Source: the human T2T-CHM13v2.0 reference genome, Homo sapiens
Direction: 5' to 3' (one strand)
Assembly (NCBI RefSeq): GCF_009914755.1
Contig: NC_060932.1
DNA: 64,000 bases
This document shows positions 17,691 through 34,000 of the stretch, in pieces (the first letter of the stretch is position 1; each line of letters starts with the position of its first letter). Both the position numbers and the translations under genes were made by a program. Under the pieces are notes generated by a model. The model saw only the letters and a program-made list of their open reading frames with translations, did not search any database and was not told the origin of the DNA.

Positions 17691-19109
17691 AGAGTGGCTT
17701 TAGTTTTCTGTTTACATTTAAATATTTGTGTGTACAAGCATATAGACATTTGCATAGTGGCTAAGACTGTAACTAGACAATTCTGGAAACACAAATTCCA
17801 AATATACTAGAAACCTGGCTCTCTTACAGTTTTGTTTTCTTCTTCATCTTCTCCCTATTCTATCCAACTAGAGATCAGGCCAAGACGAGCTACCCTTCTC
17901 TCTAATTCCTGCTATTCTAGAAATCTAGTGAGCTTAAAAAAGAACGTATGGCCTCAAATACACTTATATTCAAATAAAACATTCCAATAATATCCCCTTA
18001 AATTCAAAGTCTGATTTATAGATCAAATGATGCCTGCATCCACTTTACACTTTTCAATCTATGTAATAATTATACCCAATATTAGCACACTGTAAAGAAT
18101 TAAGCCAAATGTATTAGGAAAAAGTAAGAATTATTCAAGGAAATTGAATAATATACATTCTAATGCAACTGTGATAACTACTAACTTGTAAGCGGAAAAA
18201 GCTGGAAGAGAATTTTGATTTAAATCTTAACATCAATCTGGAGCTCAAAGAAACTTACTCATCAGACCCTTGCCCATGGTCTGTGCTGGAAAACTTTTGT
18301 TAGATGGTAAGGTGATGCTTAGAAGGAAGATATTGGACTGACACCAATAGCAAAATACATATGCACAGAAAGCTAACTAGTACTGTAAATGACAAACAGA
18401 AAAGTGTGGTTCAGGGGAAGGCATTCCCTGAAAATTCAATCTATTTTCTCTAATCCCTTGTGAAGACAAATTTTAAATGGAGGAATGCAAAATGTCTTAC
18501 TATTTGGCACCAAGATGCCTCTTTGTATTTTCATTGAAAATAAAAATGTAGGAATCCAGAAAGAATCCATGTCCAGTTAACCTGGTTATGGCCCATTGAC
18601 AAGGCATTCCTTTCCAACCATAAACATTTCCTGATGGTTGAGAGATATTCCAAGAGTATAGCCCATTTAGATATTCAAATTAAATAACAAAGAGCCATCT
18701 TTACTTCACTGCATTCTCTGACACCAGTTTAATGACATACTTGTAGACTACAAAATGGCCATTATTATTTTTGGTCTTTTTCACATCCTCACTTTTAGCA
18801 GAACTAAATTTATTTATTTAAATTTTAAATACACATAAGTTTCAATGAGACATTGTATAGAAAGTTAAAATAGATATTGTGAATAACCCTCAGTTCATTA
18901 AACTCATGCAACATGCAGGTAACAACCTATTAAGCTCCAAGGGACTAAAAATAGCCTGGTTAAAATCATTGCCTAAAATAATTTAATTCTTAAATATAAT
19001 TTGCAAATCTTATTTCCTTTCTTTGTTTTAAGATCTTTTAGTGGAAAAAGTATTAAACATACAAATGAGGACTCTGAAGGCAGCATTCAAAGAATCTAAA
19101 ATTATCTCC

Positions 19110-19573
19110 CATTATGTAGCGAGACTGCATCTCTTTCTTCCTTCTTTTTCTATTAACTTATTACTGACCATGGCATGTGGTCCCTAGAGGAAGGCCATAT
19201 TTCTAGTCCTGTCTTACAGTCAGGTGTGGCCATGTAACTAAGTTGTGGCCAGTGGAATGTGAGAACTGATGTGTGAAATTTCCACAAAGTGACATTAAAG
19301 GAAGGGAGTGTGTCTTCCCATTTATCCTTCTTCTCCATGCTAGCTAGAATGCAGAAGTTTTGGCCATCCATTTTGGACATGCAGTTAAGAGCAACACTCA
19401 AGAATGGAAGAGTGGTGAAACAACAAAAGAGAAATGAGGACCACTGACAGCTTTGTGAAGCAGAACTTTGATACCAGCTGGGACTTTTAGGTAAGGGAGA
19501 AAACAATTCCAGTCTTTTAAACCATTATATTGGGTGTCTGTCTCCTGGCAGAAATTATATCACCTATAACACA
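19110..19573 (+). mobile_element. MaLR LTR (MLT1J-like)
   Basis: GGTGTGGCCATGTAACTAAGTTGTGGCCAGTGGAATGTGAG core; ends TAACACA. Confidence 0.7.
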
Positions 19574-19624
19574 TATTATGGACATATCCTGTGTAGCTGA
19601 GAGTAGAGATGTAAGAATCAATGT

Positions 19625-19820
19625 GTAGTGTAATGGAAAGCATATGAGATATAGTATCAGTATGTCTGAGCATAAGTCTCAGTTTATTCACTTTCAATAG
19701 CTGCTAATTTATGGCAAATAAGTTAACTTTTTTGTTCTCTCATCTATAAAGTGATGATAGTAAAAGTTATTTCATCATTTTGATGAGAGGAAAAATGTCT
19801 TATGAGATTAATCTATAGAA
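19625..19820 (+). mobile_element. MIR fragment
   Basis: Core-like GGCAAATAAGTTAAC...TCTCATCTATAAAGTGATGATAGTA. Confidence 0.55.
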
Positions 19821-20880
19821 GTATTAGTTTCTATAGTGATATGCCTGTCTTTAATATATAAATAAACAGCTAAGTTAAAACATGAATTATCTTCATTTAC
19901 ATTAAGTTTAGACTAAAGGCATATATCTTATTAATGATCTAAAACTGATGATCTTCTCTGGGGTTGTTTTTTCTGGTATTTATTAATGGATCGGCAACAC
20001 ATAGATAGCAAGTATGATTTTCCAGAGCATTTTACAGCATGAATGCCAGGCAGTGTGAGAAACTTGATCGTGTTAAGTACTTGATAAGAGAAATTCTGTT
20101 GTGCTGTCTCATTTACTCTTGTTACCCACCTACCTGCAATCGTTGAACCATGCATTTCAATTTTGGTGTATACAACATTTCTGGAGACTATCAGATTAAA
20201 ATAAGATTCATTTATCCAAGAATGAAGAATGCAATTAAAATCAAGGCAGCTTCTCTTAGTCCAGAGAGTCCTTAGTTGGGACACCCCATTACCGTTTGGT
20301 TTCTTATGGAACAAGATCTCACCACATCTGAGAAGGTCAGTACTTGCTACTGTACAGTTCTTTCAGACCTATGGGCTTATGCCACTATTGTGAAAGAATG
20401 CACATGATAAGTTGTATGCTTCTGTGTAGGAAAACATTTATTTTGGGCTCTTTTAGTTTGTAAAAGAAGCACAGCATGACAAAGCTCCTTACTGGTGGGA
20501 AGGGTCTGGTCCTTACACAGAATCAGATTCGGTGGCCAGCATCTCTCCTTCCAGGTACCCAGCTCATTTTCCTCAGTATGTATGCGTATTCTTACATGCA
20601 TGTTTGTGCAAACATTTGTTTCTATGTTTTTATTCGTTTCCTTAACGACCTGTCAATATATGTCATTATCATCTATAAGCATTAATGAAAATGTTTTCAT
20701 CTAATATAATTTTCTTCTCATGTGCACACAGAATCCATTTCCATGAATTGTACTAGTTGACTTCAGGTTCCGTAAAACGTCTAATTTACCAGGTTAGACC
20801 ACAAATACTAATGGGTCCGTAAATATTCTCTCAATCATCTATGAAAGTGGAGGTGGATAATGACATGAAAATACAGAAGT

Positions 20881-21200
<320 letters not shown>

Positions 21201-22364
21201 AAATACAGAAGTAACTTATGTTTATGTTTGAAATCCATTTTCTTAATGTGGAAATGAACATTTTTTTGAAATCTGAGATGTCATAGAATTTTATTTGAAA
21301 CTTATTAACTAAAAGTAACCATGAAGATCTAATTCAGAAGAAGCTGGAGATTCATTTTACTAAATCTTTACTGGAGCTCAAGTGCCACACTCTGACACTG
21401 GGACATGAACAGTCCAGGCCTCCTGACAGTATTAAACATCATGTTGTGGGGAAGGATGTAGCAAAACACACATATTAAATTAGTGCAGGCATAGTCCTCA
21501 CTATCCTGGCCTCATGAGGCAAACAGGGGAGCAGGCGCAGATGAGCAATAGGACATCAAGCAGGGAAAGAGATGGGTGGCAGTCACAAGACCTCTACCAC
21601 TTTACATAGATAAATTATTTAGGGTTCTTGGGATGATCAACAAAGATGTTCTCCTAAAAGAAGTTTACCTGCTGATACAAGCAAGCAGACTAGAAAAATG
21701 GACTTGGATCAAGATGGAAAAACAGGAAGGATGTATCCATTATAATTATTTATAAGGGTATTTAAATATATATGCACGAATATATATAAAATATCCTCTT
21801 GTAAGCTTACTACATTTGAAGTTTCAACATTTGCAGGTTGACTGATGGGTGTCAACAGAGCTAATTAAACATTTCCAGAAAGCACAGAACTGAAAGGGAC
21901 TTGGAGGACTCATCTGTTGACATTTAAATATCTACTGTGCAAAGTGGAAAGCAAGATTTGCATCCAACAATGCTACCTGGTTAATCCAACAGCTTTTATA
22001 ACCCAGCAAATTGTTCTTGTTCAATAGTGCATTTTTATGAAATCAGGTGGATATTTTCAATGTTATAATCAACGTTTCTCTCATCTCCCCTGCATTGGAG
22101 TAGCTCCACTGTAACAGATGTTTCCCTCTTTACTGCTGAAGTAAAACTGCATGTATCTTGACACAGGCAGGCAGGACTTGGCTGTGGAACATTCAGCCTT
22201 CCATCAGGTTATTCCCTCAGTTTCAGTCATTGGCTTAAATAGGGCTGTTTCTTCCAAGCTCAACAACATAGTATCCAAACACTATTTCTCCATTAGTCAC
22301 CCGGTCCCACACACCAAAATGCAATGCAGACTTGGAAACAAATGTGTATCCATGACCTTTAAGG

Positions 22365-22545
22365 TCTAACATGGTCTGGTGGAAAGCATATTGGAAGAAT
22401 GGTAGTCTCACCAAACTTGCTAGGTGACCTTTGGCAAATTAATTGACCCCAGTGTGCTTCATTTTCCTTTCTACACAGGAAACATAAAGGCAATAATACA
22501 TAGCTCCCTGCCCTATCTTACAGGGATTTCATAAGGCTGAAATAA
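22365..22545 (+). mobile_element. MIR fragment
   Basis: GGTGACCTTTGGCAAATTAATTGACCCCAGTGTGCTTCATTTTCC core. Confidence 0.6.
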
Positions 22546-22772
22546 CTGTTTACATTCTGTTTTGACATGTTCATGTTGAAATAGTCCCCTTTCTCTGCAG
22601 GTAGAATCATGTCACCAAATTTATAATAAAAACTGTTGGAAAAGGGCTTAGTGGAAACACAGTTTAATTTTACTATCTGGAACAAATTTATTTCATTCAA
22701 TGATGATGCCTGGTATGTTTTAAAATGGTAGAAGCACAAGATTCAGAATTCAGACCCAGATTGGAGTTCTAA

Positions 22773-23196
<424 letters not shown>

Positions 23197-24157
23197 GCCA
23201 AGGGCAGATTCTTACTCCCCAAATCCAGTAACTCATAGACATCTGTTGTACTCTCACACCGCTCGGCTTGTCTACCTTTGTGCAAATGAGATCCAGAAAA
23301 CAGGATTACCAGTTAGAAAAGATAGGTGTGTGCACTTCAAGTCACAGCACCACCAACTCTGAACCCCTTTTGAATGTAGTACAGTTCTCATTCAGCTCCA
23401 GAGGTCTGATCAAAGTCCAGCTCTAGCAAAGTTTCTGGCATAAAGTAGAAAATCAACACTTGTGAATGTTAGTGCAACTTTCTACTCTGCTTTTATTTCT
23501 CCGCCCTCCTCCCTAAAACTGGCTCCTTATCCTCACAAATTGAAGTCTAAGTTCCTGACTTACAGAATGTATGCTTTAAATGACAGCTGTCCACTCTTCT
23601 GACAACTGTTTCTGAATTCCCTAAAATTATACTCCAAATTTCAAGTGAAAATACCTGGATCTCATCATTTAGAGAATCCTAATTTATACTTTCAGATCCT
23701 CTGGACACCAATGGCCTGATCACTGGAAGCTCTGAAGTAAAATTTTAAAGCCAGACCGATTCTCCAGTCCCTATTCCATTTTAATTTGTAAATCCCATAC
23801 AGAGCAGAAACTCCTGGGCCATTCAAAAACATGTATTTATCACCCACTGTGTGTTATGCAGACAAATTATTGGTAGGATTTTAACTATTAGTGGGATTTT
23901 AACTATAGGTGGGATAATAATGATTAACATTTACTTAAAATTTGCTATGTTAGGTATTGTTCTTAGTGTTTTTTTCATGCTATCTAATGTCTTAGCTGTT
24001 TGGATATTATTATTATGTAATCAAGGGAAGATTAAAGTAGTGTAAGCAAATGAATGACATAGTACCACCCTAAGACATGGGCAAAAGGGACCACTGACTT
24101 GGAACTATGCATCTTACAAACATGTACACAAATTTTATTAAAAGACATGTGGACTCT

Positions 24158-24272
24158 CTGGTGCAATAATTTCACTTTGCCTGGAACTTCCCTGGCTTTC
24201 GCACTGAAAATCCTACATCCCAGGAATGCCTGTCCCTTAGTCCTAGGCAAATAAGGAAGGCTGTTCACCCTA
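24158..24272 (-). mobile_element. MER81-like hAT MITE
   Basis: Ends GTTCACCCTA; internal GCACTGAAAATCCTACATCCCAGGAA. Confidence 0.6.
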
Positions 24273-24768
24273 ACCTCTGTCCCTGGCTAGCTGGCTCTCA
24301 ATGCTGGCACAGTGTGACCCATAATCCTAAACATATACTCTTGTGAATAAACACATTCAGGCTCCAGAGAAATGTTTCTGCACATATTTTCCATACATTC
24401 TTGAAACAAAATGTGGCTGAATCCAAAAGCCATAGAGGCTCATAAGGTTGTACCACTGGATATATTGTAGACTATATATTTGTAGACTATATATACTATT
24501 TTGCAGTATGTTCAGAATCTGACCTGCAGAAATACTTAAATGAGAGAAAAAGATGAATTTTTGCACCTTGTCAAATCTTTCCCCTTAGATATCTAAAATA
24601 TAATAGATACTTGAAACCATTTTATTGCTTTCCAGTAGTGCCAAGCATCCATTTCTTGCTTCTCATTGTATTTCAATTCAACATATGGAAGCACTCAAAA
24701 ATAACATGGTATACACAATACTTACATATGGAAACTGAGGATTATTTTGCATTTTTCAATAATTTATA

Positions 24769-24867
24769 AGCTGGGTGTGGTGGCTCACCCCTGTAATCTC
24801 AACGCTTTGGGAGGCCAAAGCGGGAGGATCACTTGAAGCCAGGAGTTCAAGATCAGCCTGGGCAAAT
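24769..24867 (+). mobile_element. Alu left monomer (FLAM or truncated AluJ)
   Basis: GCTGGGTGTGGTGGCTCAC...GTTCAAGATCAGCCTGGGCAA, then similarity stops. Confidence 0.8.
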
Positions 24868-25099
24868 ATATATGAAACAATTATAACTCATAAAATTATT
24901 TAAGAAGTAAACATGATACACCATAAAAAAGTGTAAGTGTGACACCAAGTCTTTAGCTTAATGTGTGCATTTAAATATTACTTTAAGAGAAGGCAAAAAA
25001 TGTGATGTGATTAATAGTGACTTTATATAATGAAATTAAAATGTTTTATAATATTTACTGCAATCATAATAATTTATTATGTGTGACCCTACTTCAAAG

Positions 25100-25340
25100 T
25101 TTAAATCTAAAATATTTATTTCTGATTTAAGTATTTATTTAAGAATTTTATTTACAATTGCAAGTGCTACTGCCTCAGCAGAGAAAGGTTTCTCCAAATT
25201 GCGATTAATAAAAAGCTATTCATGAGCTACAGCAATTCAAAGAAGGCTTGCTAATTTGGTATTGTTTTCAATAGAACATAGATTACAAGACAATATTGAT
25301 ATTAACAATATAACTTACAATTTTTTATAATGAAGTCTTA
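25100..25340 (+). mobile_element. hAT transposase fossil (Tip100/Zaphod-like), C-terminal dimerisation region
   Basis: Frame from 25142 reads RILFTIASATASAEKGFSKLRLIKSYS*ATAIQRRLANLVLFSIEH, matching the hAT motif ASAERSFSKLKLIK...RL..L..LSIE. Confidence 0.8.
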
Positions 25341-25749
25341 ACAAATTTTATTGAAAAAATACTGAATTATATATAGTAATATATAATTGAATGTATCTTG
25401 AATTATATAGAGTAAAATATATATTACTGAATATATATATGTTACTGAAGTAGATATATGCAAATATTATCATCCCAACATCTGAAAATCTAGACATGGG
25501 CAATAATAATTCATTCATTTATCTGTGATACTTTACCAAACATTAGTTACTTAAAATATAGCTTTGCAATATATTATGACTTTATTGGTATGAAAATATA
25601 TTAAGGTAGGAGGAAATAATTGATTCTATATGACAGTTTGTTACATGTATTTATCATATCACTTTTAATTATTTAGATATATAATAGGTGAGTCCCCAAG
25701 TATACTCTTCTTCCAAGTCCCCACTGTTAGCAGTAGACATGGGCACAGG

Positions 25750-27423
25750 TGACTAAATGTACATTTGGAAAAATCACTCTGCCAATAGTTTGAATTCTGG
25801 GCTTGAGGAGAATTAGATTAGAGACAGGGAGAAGATTTTGCAGCAATCCCAAACTCATGGATCAGATTCTTGTCTTGGGTGATTGAGTGGATTGCAGTGT
25901 GATTTGGTGAGGTGCTAGGAAACTCTGGAGGACTAGAGGGTTGTGGATGAACACGATGAATAACACATTGGGCAATGTTGAGTTTGAGGTACCTGAAGAA
26001 AATATTTAGAGGAAAGATATGTGTGTGTGTGTACGTTCACACAAAACATGCAATTTATATGTATGCATATATTTAAATACATGCATAAATGTGTGCATTT
26101 ATGTTTACATATATGTGCACATATATATGCATGTTTGTATCTATGTATGTGACTAGAGCTTAGAAGAGAGAGATCTGGGCTGTATATGTGCAATTCTGTA
26201 TCATAAGATGAGTAAGTGTTGATTTCACAAACAAGAATGTTTATAGTATAGAGTGTACCATGTCAGAAATGAAGGAAAGAGCTAGTTTTAAAAGAAAAGA
26301 GGGAGTTAACTATGTCAAATGCTATAATGTATCCCAAAAAGTTAAGAAATTATCAATGGAGGGCATCGAGCACAGAAAGAAAATTGAGGTGGCAAAGCAT
26401 AAATAGAAGATAAAAAATTGGATTCTGATGTTAGACTGCTTTTCTTAGAAGTTTAGCAATGGATGGAGAAAGGGTTTTTTTAGTGTACTTGTGACGATTT
26501 GGCAACTCATGAGAGAAGGTTCCAAGAAAGATGTATTATTGTTTTCCAAGGTGTCATCAGTGTGAGGATGTTTATATTCCAAGATGCAGGTGAGGCTGAA
26601 GACATGGGAGAGAGAACTGATGACCAATAGTATAAGGTGTCAAAGAAAGCAAGAAGGGAGGGTATTCAGAGCAAAACATGGAAGGACTCACCTATGGTAG
26701 AAGAGAGACCATTCCACAGAAATTGCAGGGAAGAAGGATAAATGGGTGTGAACACTTGCTTAAATAGAAGTTTTTTGGTTACATTTATGAGCAGCCCAGT
26801 TGAACCAGTTTATGCAAAAAGAGAGAATATAATGTTTAGAGGTGTCTCCTCAGACCTCAGAGCAGGAAACACACCTCACTAGGGACTAGAAGTAGGAGCC
26901 AGAAACTCTTCAAGATTCAAAATCCCACTCTCTAGGGCTATGGGTTTCTCATTTCTGTTTCCCTTGGTAGCTCTGCTTCAATGCCACATAGCCTGCTTTT
27001 TTATGTGCACATGGCTCCTGAGTCTTACATGGCAGTTCAAACAACCATCAGAGACCACCTAAAATCTCTAAAACTAAATTTCAAATTCTCAGAATAGATC
27101 ATCTAATTAGCCCAGCTTGAGTTGGTGTGCTGATACACTCATCTATGATCAGAGAAACACTAAGAGTTGTGTGACAGAGTTTCAGCAACAAACATCCATC
27201 CCTTCAGGTAAATATTCAAAATCCCCATCCTTGTGTTAAATCATTTATTACAATGCAGATGAGTTTGTTAATGAGAGGGACAATGGTTGAAAATATTTCT
27301 TTTAGATAGCCTCCATTTGATTATTGGGCTGGAAGGCAAGGTTTTCTACTGAGTATGATTGTGGCACTGTATATTTTTAGAACTTGGGGATAAGTGGTCA
27401 AAAAGGGTATAGATATATATGTA

Positions 27424-27463
<40 letters not shown>

Positions 27464-28400
27464 AATGAGAGGAATTAAGGTCCAAAGTGGCCATTTTGAG
27501 AAATGGAAGATGGAACTCTATGAGAATCTATGAAATTTCCATAAGACATCATTGAGTTTCCAGTTGAGACAAAAGACCATGATTTTATCATGGTGCCAAT
27601 CCAAGCTGTATTTTGTATAAAAATTCTTGGCAGTTTGGCTGTAAGAGATACTGAATAAGTGGACTAATGAAAGGTTAGAATTTTGTCAGGTGTATTGTAA
27701 AATTTTATCAGATTTGTGTAGAACTAGTAGACAAGACAGTGAAACATTAACCACCTACTGGTTTAAGTAATGAAGATTTGAGACTGATGAGAGAGAAGAA
27801 AGAGTGAGAGAGTAAAAGAAAAGAAAATGAGAGAAGAGGGGAGGGGAGAGGAAGGAAAAAGAGGGAGAGGGAAGAAGAGAGGGAAGGAATGGGAGGGTAG
27901 GAGAGTGGAGGGAAGACAAGGGAGGACATGCGTGAACTAAATATCTCCTTGAGGTCAAAGTAAAAGATATAAAGAACACAGAGATGTTAAGGAGCCTGAT
28001 GGAAGTGAAGATGTGTTAGAGAGTGAAGCATTAGAGTTTATATTTAAGAATGTTGGGTAATTCTTGGTAATGACCAGTTTCAAGGTATGACTACGGGTGA
28101 GTTTGGCTGCAGTAGAGTTGAGGTGTGTTAATGCTAAGAAGGTCAACAAATCATGAGACAAGACTTTTGGAGAGATCAACCACAGGCATTGAAGTCATCC
28201 AAGATAATAGTGGGATTTGTAAGTGAGAGAACTGTGAGCCAGGGGCAATAACCAGTGATTGACCATGAAGCCGGCAGACACCAGCGTTGAGGCGGAGGGT
28301 GGAATAGCATATAGCATAAGCTTAAAGAAGAATTTTTATTTGAGTGGAGTAGAATAATGTTTTTGGAAGCAATGAAGGAGAATGTAAACATTCTTTCCTA
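25750..28400 (-). mobile_element. Patchy old L2 body with a probable MLT1 insertion (about 26760-27190) and simple repeats
   Basis: The minus-strand translation SHTLKLVITKNYPT resembles the L2 endonuclease GHTLDLVIT motif; (TG)n at 27433-27460; GA-rich tract at 27790-27925. Confidence 0.55.
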
Positions 28401-28419
28401 ACCTAAAAAGTATAGACTT

Positions 28420-28795
<376 letters not shown>

Positions 28796-28924
28796 TCAGG
28801 TTTTAATGTTGAAACAGAGCGTTTAGAATAGTTGGGGATTTCTTTACTATAAAATTGAATTATATCTGGCTCAGATGGAATTGGACTGTTTTAGGAAATT
28901 GTTGGGAGGTAAAAGGAGGGTCAA

Positions 28925-29175
28925 TAATAATAAAAATTAATATTTTAGATTCTTCCTATAATCTAGACACTTCCAAGCATCTTACATGTGATGTTATCTC
29001 ATTTTTAATCATCATAAGCTATATGCTATTATCTTGAGCTAATACTATTTTACCTATTTTACAGATAAGAGAACAGGGGCATCAAAGAATTAAATAACTT
29101 GCCCAAGTTTATGCAGGTAAGAAGTGTTAAAGCCAGAAAATCTGATACCTACCTAAGCATACTCTTAACCACTAT
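28925..29175 (-). mobile_element. MIR
   Basis: CCTATTTTACAGATAAGAGAAC...AAATAACTTGCCCAAG antisense core. Confidence 0.7.
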
Positions 29176-29634
29176 GTATACAGAAAGATCGAGGTTAGGA
29201 AATAAAAAAATGACGTTGAGTTTGGCAACTTAATTATGGAAGTGAAAGGCAGACTGATAGTAGTAACATTTTTGCTAACAGCGCAAAATTACAATATCAA
29301 GCACAAAAGATTCATCAGGTCATTCTCTCACCAAACTCAAGTGCCAAAATAAGATGTGCAACAACTGTACCTTAAAATCCTTAGGCTGGAGACTTTCTCA
29401 GCATTTCACAGAATGTTTTGGTGAACAGGTGTTACATAAATTGGGGGTTAGGGGTAGGGTGAGGAATTTTAACCCTAGTTCAAGAACGTAATCAACAGAA
29501 TCAGCTGTTTTAGAAAACTTCACCCTCTTTTAAAAAGAAAGGCTGTATTCTTCTCTTCTCCAATGATGAGTTTAAATATTCAAACACCTTTGAAGTAATT
29601 CTAGCCTAGCTGTGCATCTAACCAAATGAGTTGA

Positions 29635-31032
<1,398 letters not shown>

Positions 31033-34000
31033 CCCAAGGTTGATTAAATCATACAATGTCTGTGACCATTAGTAACCTCACTTGTAAAATATAAATAAAT
31101 AATACAAACTTCAGAGTCACAAGGGAAAGTCAAACCATGCATATAGAATATTTAAAAAACACTGAATAAACAAAAATTCCTTTTATTAATAACAACTTTC
31201 ATATATGGAGCCCATGTGATGTATACAGCATTTTATTTTGTATGTATATAAATTATTTTAATATATAATTAAATCCTATATATATATCATTAAATCCTCC
31301 ATAACAAACTTTAGACACAGGCATTATAGTATCTTGATTTTACAGATGTGGAAAATTAGGCTTAAATGCCAAACATTAAATCATGGAGGTAGGATTCAAA
31401 CGCAGTCTGTCTGACTTCAATATACTATTCCAACTGATGAAGGATACTTTGGGTAAACACCAACTACTCTATAACAGTAAGCAGAATTATTACAGTCCAT
31501 TTGTATAGCAGGTCTCAAAATGTTAATGCCCTTAGCTATCAGTTTAATGCAAAAAAAAAAAAAAAAAAGAAAATACAGTAAGACCTAGGAAAACATTATT
31601 CATAATATTTCTTTTAGGCATATTTACCCCATGCTAAAATAACTAAGCCACCATGCAGCAGATGTATATGGAGTCACATATTGAGTGACTATAGGTCTCA
31701 GGTTCCCCAAGACAGTTTTGATTTGTGATATTGCTTTTGCAAACTCGAATATCTTTTACTTTCAAAAGTGTCATGATTTGGAACCAGCATGGTAGCGCGT
31801 GCGTGTAATCCCAGCTACTCAGGAGACTGAGGTGGTCAGATCACTTGGTCCTAGGAGTTTGAGACCCCCAACCCCCAACAAAAGGTGTCTTGATTTGGAC
31901 AATGAATTATATGAACACTCTACTTTAATGTTTCTTGCTAAACCTAGAGGGATTACACCTTACCATTGCTTCTCTGAGTGTACCGTCTCAAAATCAGTAG
32001 AATATCCCCTGAATATGATAAAATGTTTATAGAGTGCTTTCTGTATTCTACAACTCCTTTAGTGGATACTTAGGTTAATTTTAACTTAAAGACATAGAAA
32101 TCACACATTACAAGGAGCAGTAATTCATATCCCTATATTGTTATAGAAACTTAATTTAAATGTAATATTTTTATTGGGCATATCAAATGTCATTCCAGTT
32201 AATTTTGACTACATAGTTAAAACAGGGCAACCTATGATAACCATCCCTACTGAGACATTTCCTGAAATAAAACCTTGTCTTTAAAAATTTTTCACGTCAA
32301 AAAAAAATTCTTTATTTGACTTTAATCTTTACACTGAATTTCAAACTTTCCCTTGGTACTGTTCTTTGCACAGTGAATATTGTAATTTCTCTCACCCAAG
32401 GCTGTGCAATTCATATCTTACAACACTTGCAGGTTCATTACGTCATATTTAAAAAATGATTACCTTTTCTTCTTATACTTTTTAATATATTTTTATGTAT
32501 GATATTGATATGAGGTTTTTAAAAGTGTGACAGAATAACTAATAACAACAAGACAGCTTGAATTGTGCTTGCTTTTGAGGCCTTCCCAGTCACAAAAAAA
32601 AAAAAAAAAAACTACTTACTCCGTTCTTAAAATTAAAAAGACTAAGTTAGAAAAATGGTTTATATCAACTTGGAGTTTAGATCAAGTATTTTTAAGAACA
32701 CTGTTTTAACTGAAAAGAAAAAAAAAGTAAACAATTTAAGAGAAACCACTTTGATAAAGTAACTTCAAACTGTTGAAATAAACATAAGTTCAAAAGAAAG
32801 AGTTAAACAATATTCACCAATACGAAAGTTGAAACTTGGTGGATCTTTGAAAACAAAACTTTTTTCCTGAGTTTGATACACAGAGCTTCCCAGTAGAGGG
32901 CTCCACAATACTGAAGGATGTTCACTGAGGAGGTCCCTTTAGTGAAGCCATTTTATGGTTATACACAACATAGTAAATAGTATTTGAAAACTCAACCCAT
33001 ACCATTTGCCACAACCCCATATATACTATATTGGGACTTAAAAAAAAAAAAAAAAAAGAAGAAGAAAGAAAGAAAAAAGTAATCCAATGCAGATTACAGT
33101 GGGATCATTAGTTTGATTTTAACAATCTCAAAGTATATGTAAGCTAGCTGGTTTCTCTGGACATGTGTCTGATGATACAAAGCCATCTACTGTGTGAGCT
33201 GCAGGACGGGTGTGGACAATAGAAGCTGTTTCCTTGGAAATGAGTATGTGAAAGCTCTTGGAATATCTCTCCTCCCCAGGAGTTAATTTGTTTCAGATGG
33301 AGAAAAGTGATTACTTATGAGAGAAAGAGAGAGAGAGAGAGAAAGGAGAGAGGTTCTTAGGGTTTTTTCCCCCCTATCATCTCTGTTAATTTTTTTCAAA
33401 AATGTAGAGTAGATGGCAACAGCAAGATTAAATATTAATGACATTGTCACCATCTAAGATTATAGCTCTGCAACAGTTCTGGCCTATTATAGAAGAAACA
33501 GAATAGGGATGGAATAGGAAAATCTCCTAATTGAACCAAAGTAGTCCAAAGTGTGTTGCCTACCCATCCCAATTCTCTGGACAATTTCCAGTGCTCTGCT
33601 TCTCTTAATGCTGATGATTGCAAAGTACAGATGTTTACCACATGGTGATCATTACCTATAAAATATAATGAGCTGTCATACAATAGAGAGGGCATTTCTG
33701 ACCCATTGACTTTAACTTTTTTCTGGTTGTAGTGAAGTATTAGTCCTACAAAATCCTCTCTTGCTTGCCCTTTCACCCTATTTGTTCCCTGTAGCATGGA
33801 TTGATTAAGAAGTGTGTTATGTTTACACCTATGGAAGCTTCCTCAATTCTAGACATGTAGTAGTAGGTCTTGAGTAAGGCTCTATTAGTTGGTTGGTTAG
33901 TTGTTGGCATTGCTGATTATGGTTGAGTTGTGGTTTGGAGCTATAGAACTGCATAAAGCAAATCAGTCCATATGTGGAAAACTTAGGTCCTATTCTTTTG

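Noticed and set aside
20134-20327. Possible 194-nt minus-strand exon (CTTCTCAG|...CAG|GTAGGT) with an open frame
   Set aside because: The pyrimidine tract is short, the branch-like TACTGAC is too close to the AG and the peptide is unrecognisable; not supportable without RNA data.
23876-24495. Short tandem duplications (GGATTTTAACTAT x2 near 23876; TTGTAGACTATATAT x2 near 24464)
   Set aside because: Ordinary slippage-sized duplications with no further structure.
31551-31580. A18 followed by GAAAATACAG, resembling the AluYb8 tail and TSD
   Set aside because: Only 10 low-complexity bases match and there is no upstream duplicate; treated as coincidence.
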